A stretch of DNA of 25,000 bases. It comes from Takakia lepidozioides (taxonomy: Eukaryota; Plantae; Bryophyta). This document shows, piece by piece, positions 19,401 through 25,000 of the stretch. The translations under genes were made by a program, and so were the position numbers. The stretch spans positions 1-25,000 of the forward strand of contig JAKLZA010000116.1 in the NCBI GenBank assembly GCA_030704615.1. Reading direction: 5' to 3'. How positions within the stretch are numbered: the stretch's first letter is position 1; each line of letters begins with the position of its first letter. The notes below the pieces were generated by a model. That model was given only the letters and a program-made list of their open reading frames with translations, was not told the origin of the DNA and did no database searches.

Positions 19401-21969
19401 TATTAACACCTTATTGACTCTGAGAGTCCTAACTAGAAGGGTATGAGAACCTCAAGATGGGCAATTTAATGAAAACCTTGACAGTTATTTCCTTTTTCAT
19501 GACAGAGAAGGAGAAACTAAAAGTAAAAAAGGTGACTCCTGCTAAATTTTGGTCTCGCTACATCCCAAAAAATTCAGGATAGTCTGCTCAGCATTGCAAG
19601 ATGGGAGATTTGCAGGTGTGGAGAAGGTGGTAGAAGGGGATCTGGTCTACTGTGGGGATGGAGAAACAAACGAACCAGTAACAGGGGTGCCCAAACCTGG
19701 GAATGTTGAGAACATTCCTGCAAGCGGGGCCTTGGAGGCCCATGAGAGCGTTACAATTGATGAAGTGGTTCACGCTGATGTGGCAGCTGAAGGCCCCTGT
19801 AAAATCAAGGTTCTCCAAATTTCCACTTCTCATAAGGTTAATGATATGTAGCCCAAGACATTTCCTAGCTTGTAATGGTGTGACGTCTTGACCGTTGTTT
19901 TGTTTATGGTAGTGTGTGACAGCAGATGACATTGCTTCCAAGAAGTACCAAATATGGGATGTGTTGCTGCCGCTGCCGGGGTAAACTTTCTCTGGCTCCC
20001 TCTCTCACACACATAACACAGATACAAACTCTCATCAATATGCTGCTTTGAGCCACCAGTAAACCCATTGCTCTGAGTATTCTGGGGAGTTGTTGGACAC
20101 CTGTTCATCAAAGCATTCATCTTTCTCTGTTCCGTCGTGATCAAGAAGTTCGGTTGCTACTAACAATCAGGTGGTGTTGTGTTATGATTCAGGTCATCTA
20201 CCTTGTACCCAGCTAATGACACAAGAAATGTCTACTATGACTTGGCCAACAAGGTGGGAAATTATGGATGGGTGTTAGTTCTGGACACTTCTGAGGTTTC
20301 TTATATAACTAACTGCACAGGGGATATCCTACCTCCCTGTCATGGGGTTTCGGTCCACCAGGGAAAGGCCCAGAAGTGCCAGAGATGATCCAGCTCCTGG
20401 GCATTGAGTGATGGTGTACAAGCTGGCATAGACGTCATGATATCGAAAACAATATTTACTCCAGCACTTCTGCTAGAGAACCAAATTTGGGAAAAAATCC
20501 GACTAATAGAGTTTGCTGGATGGGTGACAACAGGACTCTGTCGACTTGAATACATGCACCCATAATGTCAAGTAAGATTTCCTTTGCTAGTATGTTACAG
20601 CCCTTGTCTCACCTTCCTTCGACCAAGAGCACTAGCAATCACTTCTACATCAGCATTATATAACTATTACTGGCACACACAGATGCTAATTTCATCTGAT
20701 ACATTTAGGGTTGGTATCCTAGTATGTTTGGGCTTAGTGAACATAGAACACTCTTGCCACCGTGCTTTTGCAGATTCTCAAAAGAGTCATCTGTAAAGAT
20801 GTGGGGATATATGCGTTCTATGTCGTGGTTCTCTTTTTGTACCCCTAATCCGGTGTTATGAATCTTATCTATGATGTTCTTTCTACAGGGAATATGCGAT
20901 CACACAATTACCAGGCGGATATCGGCGCCTCCTTCAGAAGCCTATTGATTCTGAATGGTCACTTACGCTCTCTCTCCCTAACTCTGTCTGTACGTAGACT
21001 GCTCTCTCACGGATTGATAGGTTTCCTATGTTCATGCTTCAGGGCTGGGAATCAATCAGATTGGAACATTCCATTTGGTCGTCCTAATTTTGCATGCTCC
21101 CTGGTTGCTGCAGGAAAGTAATGAAGTATGATGATGTCACAAAGCCATTGGCAGAGACTGATCTGGACAAGCTTCTCTCATTGAAATTGGCATCAGTGAA
21201 TGGGACTTCTACAGGCAAGGATTCAACAGAAGACGGAGGGAAGGAAATGCCATTGAAAATAGGGGGCGGGGGTTTGACACCAGCGGACTTAGCTTTAGAT
21301 GTTGCCATTCCGGCTGAGGTGAAGAGCGGGAACGGGGCTGTAAAAACTCATGAGGGGGGTTCCATATTGGGGAGTGGGGAATTGGGTGCAATGGGCAGTG
21401 GGGATGTGGGTGGCAATGGGGATATGGAAATGAAGTTGGAACATCTGTCTTCCAACTCAAAGGGCGCTCACACAGCTGTGCAACTGAGCTTCACCCTGCC
21501 TGCATCATGCTATGCAACCATGGCCATCCGGGAGGTTTTAAAGATGTCCACCGCGGTAGGTTTTCACTTCTGTGATGTTTCTTGTTTTTGGGGGCAGACT
21601 ACAAAGTTTTAGAGTATGTTGCAATTGGGTGACCTTTGTCATGTAGGCTTGAAACCATCTTTAAGCAGACCTAATTGGATTTTTTGATAAGGTGGGTGGA
21701 AATGAGCAAAGATGGTCAGAGGTTGCATTGAGTACCTGGCTTTGCTTTCAAATGATTTTTTCCTTGTAAGCTCGTCAGTCGTTGCTGACATGCCAAGGAA
21801 AGATGTGTGTTGGATAAGGCAAGAACGAATGAAATCTTTGGAGTGTATAGGTAGCTCAAAGAGCCCATGAAATAACTAGAGACATTCTCGGTAAATTAGA
21901 ATTTTGATGTTGGAATTCTGTGTGCAGGTTGCATTCCATAAGACCCTCAATGATGAACCTACAAAGTGA
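10435..21969 (+). CDS. PUS7: Multisubstrate pseudouridine synthase 7 (TruD family), 20 exons, about 776 aa
   Basis: Exons: 10435-10511, 10874-10952, 12302-12571, 13152-13435, 13707-13779, 14019-14075, 14829-14908, 15084-15146, 15309-15396, 15524-15626, 16902-17005, 17586-17659, 19297-19361, 19616-19809, 19913-19980, 20193-20253, 20534-20571, 20889-20957, 21114-21555, 21928-21969. The total is 2331 nt with all phases compatible. Motifs: GVLKQRYSDFIVNEVD, FHLFKENKDTQDA, catalytic FAGTKDKRAVTTQR, GQLSGNRFTVTLR, GFINYFGLQRFG, MYVHSYQSFLWNHAAS, VVEGDLV, DVLLPLPG, LPGGYRRLLQKP, FTLPASCYATMAIRE. Confidence 0.96.
12572..13151 (+). other. GC-AG intron (PUS7 intron 3)
   Basis: ...CAC CGG GCG|GCAAGT...TTCCTTGCAG|GCC GTC CAT AAC joins DKAHRA to AVHNFFK in frame. 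GCAAGT matches the donor consensus except for C at +2. Confidence 0.8.
15627..16901 (+). other. U12-type (minor spliceosome) AT-AC intron (PUS7 intron 10), 1275 nt
   Basis: The 5' end is ATATCCTGC (U12 consensus ATATCCTT). A branch-point-like CCTTGAC lies at 16884-16890, with the A 12 nt from the end. The 3' end is ...CAC at 16901. Splicing gives QPREG-E-QSDVKDARDYY in frame. Confidence 0.85.
16410..16838 (+). mobile_element. Non-LTR retrotransposon 3' fragment, copy A (ORF2 C-terminal Cys/His zinc-knuckle region), with 17-bp TSD
   Basis: Encodes KFKLRAGSLPLN...CSCPLCGLSEDSIHFLIHCP...R..LF, typical of the LINE ORF2 C-terminal CCHC-like region. Flanked by the perfect direct repeat CTCTATCCGAGTTGTTG at 16393-16409 and 16839-16855. 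Homologous to copies B and C. Confidence 0.85.
17792..17977 (+). mobile_element. Non-LTR retrotransposon extreme 3' fragment, copy B, with 12-bp TSD
   Basis: Encodes DACVKGFLEDIWKTR and ends in the same GGTCAATGGCCACAAGGCTACGGCAAAC...TGAGTACA terminus. Flanked by TCTCTCATCATT at 17780-17791 and 17978-17989. Confidence 0.85.
18465..18488. repeat. (CT)n microsatellite
   Basis: CTCTCTCTCTCTCTCCCTCTCTCC directly upstream of retroelement copy C. A similar imperfect tract at about 17750-17785 precedes copy B. Confidence 0.8.
18495..19056 (+). mobile_element. Non-LTR retrotransposon 3' fragment, copy C (older, with stops)
   Basis: Alignable to copy A from AAATGAAGTTAGGCA onward and to copy B (GCTTGTGTGAAGGGCTTTCTAGAGGATATCTGGAA). 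Ends ...ATGGCCACAAGGCTACAGCAAGCAACATCTTATGAGTACA. Preceded by a (CT)n tract; I could not resolve a TSD. Confidence 0.8.
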
Positions 21970-22933
21970 GAAGCTATCTATGCAGGAAAGTGTGCATGGT
22001 TCTTCATGATCATCTTGAAAGCACTACCAAAACAGAGAATTCAGTGTTGGTGAGGTGACCCTGTTGATCTGACGAACTGGTTTATTGAAAGTGGAAAGGA
22101 TTTCCCCACTTTAAATTCCAAAGTTCGACACCCAGCTGCGCATGATTGATGAAACAAGAGCTCAGTGTATCCACCAATGTTAGCTCATGGGACGCTGGTT
22201 GATCACATATTGGTTACGGTCCTCCGTGGGTGAGGTTGAGTCTTCAACGCAACCATAGCTGTGTCATAGGAGTCTCAATTCGAGATGTCTACACTGTGGA
22301 TCTGTATTCTCCATGAGAAATGAGGAGATCCATGAGATTTTTTCGGAGGAAATGTGTCTCTATACAAAAGAGGAATAAAGTTTTCTGCCCTCTGTCCGAG
22401 TTCTTTAAAAAATTGATGTATATTAAAATGTGAAGGAGATTGTGGAAGTAAGAGGAGAAATGTAAGTATGGATTGCTCTTTAGGGAAGACTTGCAATGTG
22501 AGAGTGAGTTATAAAGATCCACTGTAGTGTTTGATATTGACTGGCGGCGAAGGGTTGCATTCTCCAGAGATCCTGCAGAACACTCTAATCGCAAAGAGAC
22601 CTTCTGGAAGATATTTGAACCATGGTTGGTACAAGCCCCCAACCCTATCAGCCAGAAACTGCCAGCCAGCCAGAGTGTTGCCATGGCGAGATATGGCATA
22701 GAGGGCTCCTAAAATTCAAACTATTCCATCATCACAATTTTATTTAGTTATAATCACAGATATATAATCCCTACATTCAATCTCTTATAAGGACGTATTA
22801 AAAGTGGGTTAATTTTTCCACTCCTCCATAAAAGGTTTGTATTCAAACATAAGATGTCCAGACAACTGCACTATCAGTCGCTTGATACATTTAGATCCAC
22901 AAAATCTTGATGTAGCGGCAATTGCACTTATGA

Positions 22934-23392
22934 TTAGTGAGTGGCCGGTAGGCCGGTTTGCCAACAAAGCATATCTGTATTCCAGGTTTTAATAACAACG
23001 TTGCCATCGTCTTGCACAAAGAGTAGGCACGCGTCCTGCGCCACACAGTCGCTGTTTGGTATGCCACTATTCCATACGACTATGCCCGAGCCATCTATGA
23101 CCTGCATGTATGAAGTAGCATCGAGAGATAAGTAGCAGTTTACACCTTGTCCCCATGTTCCGGTGCTCCACCCCGGGTAGACATCCTGGTAAAACACCAA
23201 ATTGCAGTCTTCTTCCATTACAAAGGCATAAGCCCCATTGTCGCTTTGGAGATATTCTCCGGCATTTAGTCGCCCTCCATACGGCAAGGTGCTGGCTGGA
23301 TTTGCTTTTACAGATGATACAATTGCAACTGAAACTGAAGCCAACGCCACTAACAGTATAATTCCAGATTTGCTCATACCCAAACCGCTCAT
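22934..23392 (-). CDS. Secreted bulb-type (GNA-related, B-lectin) mannose-binding lectin-like protein, 152 aa, single exon
   Basis: ATG-to-stop ORF with a hydrophobic signal peptide (IILLVALASVSVAIVSSVKA). B-lectin hallmarks: LxxGEYLQSDNG.Y.FVM-EEDCNLVFY, WSTGT, C.L.L, VVWNS, QDDGNVVI, W.TG. The Cys63-Cys86 spacing of 23 matches the GNA disulfide pair. Confidence 0.9.
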   Translation of the reverse strand: MSGLGMSKSGIILLVALASVSVAIVSSVKANPASTLPYGGRLNAGEYLQSDNGAYAFVMEEDCNLVFYQDVYPGWSTGTWGQGVNCYLSLDATSYMQVIDGSGIVVWNSGIPNSDCVAQDACLLFVQDDGNVVIKTWNTDMLCWQTGLPATH

Positions 23393-23765
23393 TTTGATTG
23401 TGTTTGATGGATTGCAATTGTGGATGGATGTTTTTCCTTACATTTGTAGTAATCTAGTTAACTGGCTCCAACAAGCTTTGATTGGGTGGATACATGTAAC
23501 TGAGGTGTATGTGTGTTGAATTTATTGTTGAGAAGTAGTTGGTATGGTAAGAGGGGCGACACCCTCAAGGGGATCTTTTGATTTATTGGGCCATGGAGAC
23601 GACACCATCAAGGAGATTTTGGATCCATGCAGTAGAACTGGACCAAAAGATGATCTCATCCGGTGATGATCTCTTTGTCCATACTTGTTGGGTGCCAATT
23701 GAAATAATGGAACCTACACCCTTTTAGTTTTAAAAAAACACCCAAAAAAAAACAAAAGAGGGTGC

Positions 23766-23986
23766 GCTATGGACTTTTGAAAAAATCTACATTTTTGGCG
23801 CACATATTAGTCCATAGGTCCGGAACGACGAAATATTTTGGCATTGTAAATTCATGATTAGAATGTTCTCTAAATTGGCCCTCCCTATTCAAAATTGCAA
23901 AGCAATGGAGTAAACCGTTGCATTTTTTAAGTCCATAGCATTGCTTTTCACAGCGGCGACAGTCCCTGGTTTCAAAAGTCCATAGC
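23766..23986. repeat. 17-bp perfect inverted repeat with internal motif copies (MITE / transposon-end-like)
   Basis: GCTATGGACTTTTGAAA (23766-23782) and TTTCAAAAGTCCATAGC (23970-23986). Further AGTCCATAG copies at 23809-23817 and 23930-23938. Confidence 0.6.
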
Positions 23987-24331
23987 TCCCTAGTAATTTA
24001 TTTTTTTGACAATTGGATAGTTGGAATTCGTAGATATTGAAGTTAGAAATCCTAAACCACATACGTTCGGATGTAATAATGATTGTATGGAAAAATATAG
24101 GTGGTACCATTGACATCCCGTGGGGATGAAGTGGGAGCAAAGTCAGCCATCTCCACTTTCATCCTGTCAGTCAAATACCTGGATATACTGTCATGTTTTC
24201 TGTTTTTCTTGGAAATCTCCAAAACATGGGCCCCTACCTTCAACGGTGGGGTTTTGCTTAGATTTGGGCCCAATGCCCTCAAAATTTTACAGAGGATGTA
24301 GGGGGTAGTTGCCCACATAATATAAGGTTAG

Positions 24332-24354
24332 TTTTTTTTTTTTTTTTTTTTTTT
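24332..24354. repeat. T23 homopolymer
   Basis: 23 consecutive T residues. Confidence 0.9.
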
Positions 24355-24429
24355 AATTCTGAAAATGCTGGCGATTCTTCCACCTGGGGTTGTGTCTTTT
24401 TTTAAAGTCAAAGTAAGGCACTGGGCGCT

Positions 24430-24935
24430 TAAGGGCTAAAGCTTTGAACTAGATAGTGGCAGTGGTTTCTAATTTAAGCGGGGGTTTTCTTTCTCATTCT
24501 TGCTCTCAAATGAAATGAATCACATATATGTATATATAGAGGAAAAGGGTTTGAATTATTGAAGAAAAAAAAATTAAAAGTACCCTTGTAGGCCCGAAAG
24601 CTGCCATAAGGCCTGAACACATGGTAAACTGTGACAGAGAATCCGATAACTGATAGAGTCGGAACCAATGTTGGATCGGTATATGGGGGTGAGGCGGGGT
24701 ATCAGCATAGGTAAGGGTATTGCAGCAGGGTACCAGACCAGGCGGGTATAAGCAACTGGCAATACCCCGGCAGAACATATTGGGGGCAATATAGTATAAC
24801 GCTAATACCTGGGTTCCTACCAGACCAACCTAGTATCGCAAGGAACGCAACTTTGTTGATACCAGTACTATGTCTTCCGCTATCGCTTGCACCCTAGGTA
24901 TCAATATGTGGAGTGTTAGGGATTTAGGGTGCAGC
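24430..24935. mobile_element. Possible non-autonomous DNA transposon remnant (hAT-like subterminal motifs)
   Basis: Dense GGTA/TACC motifs in both orientations. TACCAGACCA is duplicated (24731, 24818). TGCACCCTA (24888-24896) and TAGGGTGCA (24925-24933) resemble TAGGG-type hAT termini. No TSD found. Confidence 0.3.
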
Positions 24936-25000
24936 AATGGAGAGTTGCGGCTCTATGATTGAGACGATCTGAATGGCGATTTTGGGGGCTCTGATTTTGC

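Noticed and set aside
22060-22125. CTGACGA...GAAA followed by a GTGG/CCAC stem, hammerhead-like
   Set aside because: Stem II is essentially unpaired and stem I cannot form, so it is likely chance.
22200-22280. Minus-strand peptide DSYDTAMVAL resembling the diterpene synthase SAYDTAWVA motif
   Set aside because: The Trp is missing, a stop follows shortly, and no QxxDGSWG motif lies downstream.
1-25000. CRISPR arrays, operon-like or prokaryotic defence systems, rRNA/tRNA genes, or a functional gene cluster linking the four genes
   Set aside because: The window is intron-rich plant nuclear DNA with no regular repeat-spacer array. The four genes have unrelated functions and nothing in the sequence shows co-regulation.

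Overview
Eukaryotic nuclear DNA from a land plant, probably a non-seed plant such as a bryophyte or hornwort (inferred from divergence and intron style, not certain). I can reconstruct four protein-coding genes by hand with phase-consistent splice sites. (1) The 5' part of a TM-C2(-GRAM) BAGP1-like gene on the minus strand, running off the left edge. (2) A 4-exon GT47/exostosin glycosyltransferase of the MUR3/KAM1/XLT2/XUT1 type on the minus strand, with an unusual second TM helix at the C-terminus. (3) A 20-exon TruD-family pseudouridine synthase (PUS7) on the plus strand, which needs one GC-AG intron and one minor-spliceosome AT-AC intron. (4) A single-exon secreted GNA/bulb-type lectin with all three mannose-site motifs altered. 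PUS7 introns hold three sense-oriented copies of one non-LTR retroelement 3' end. Two have clear target-site duplications, all sit at CT-rich targets, all share a conserved 3'-terminal motif, and one lies inside the AT-AC intron. The right end looks like DNA-transposon/MITE debris. I found no rRNA, tRNA or CRISPR. I cannot claim a wholly new multi-gene system; the best leads are the retroelement family, the doubly anchored GT47 and the U12 intron.
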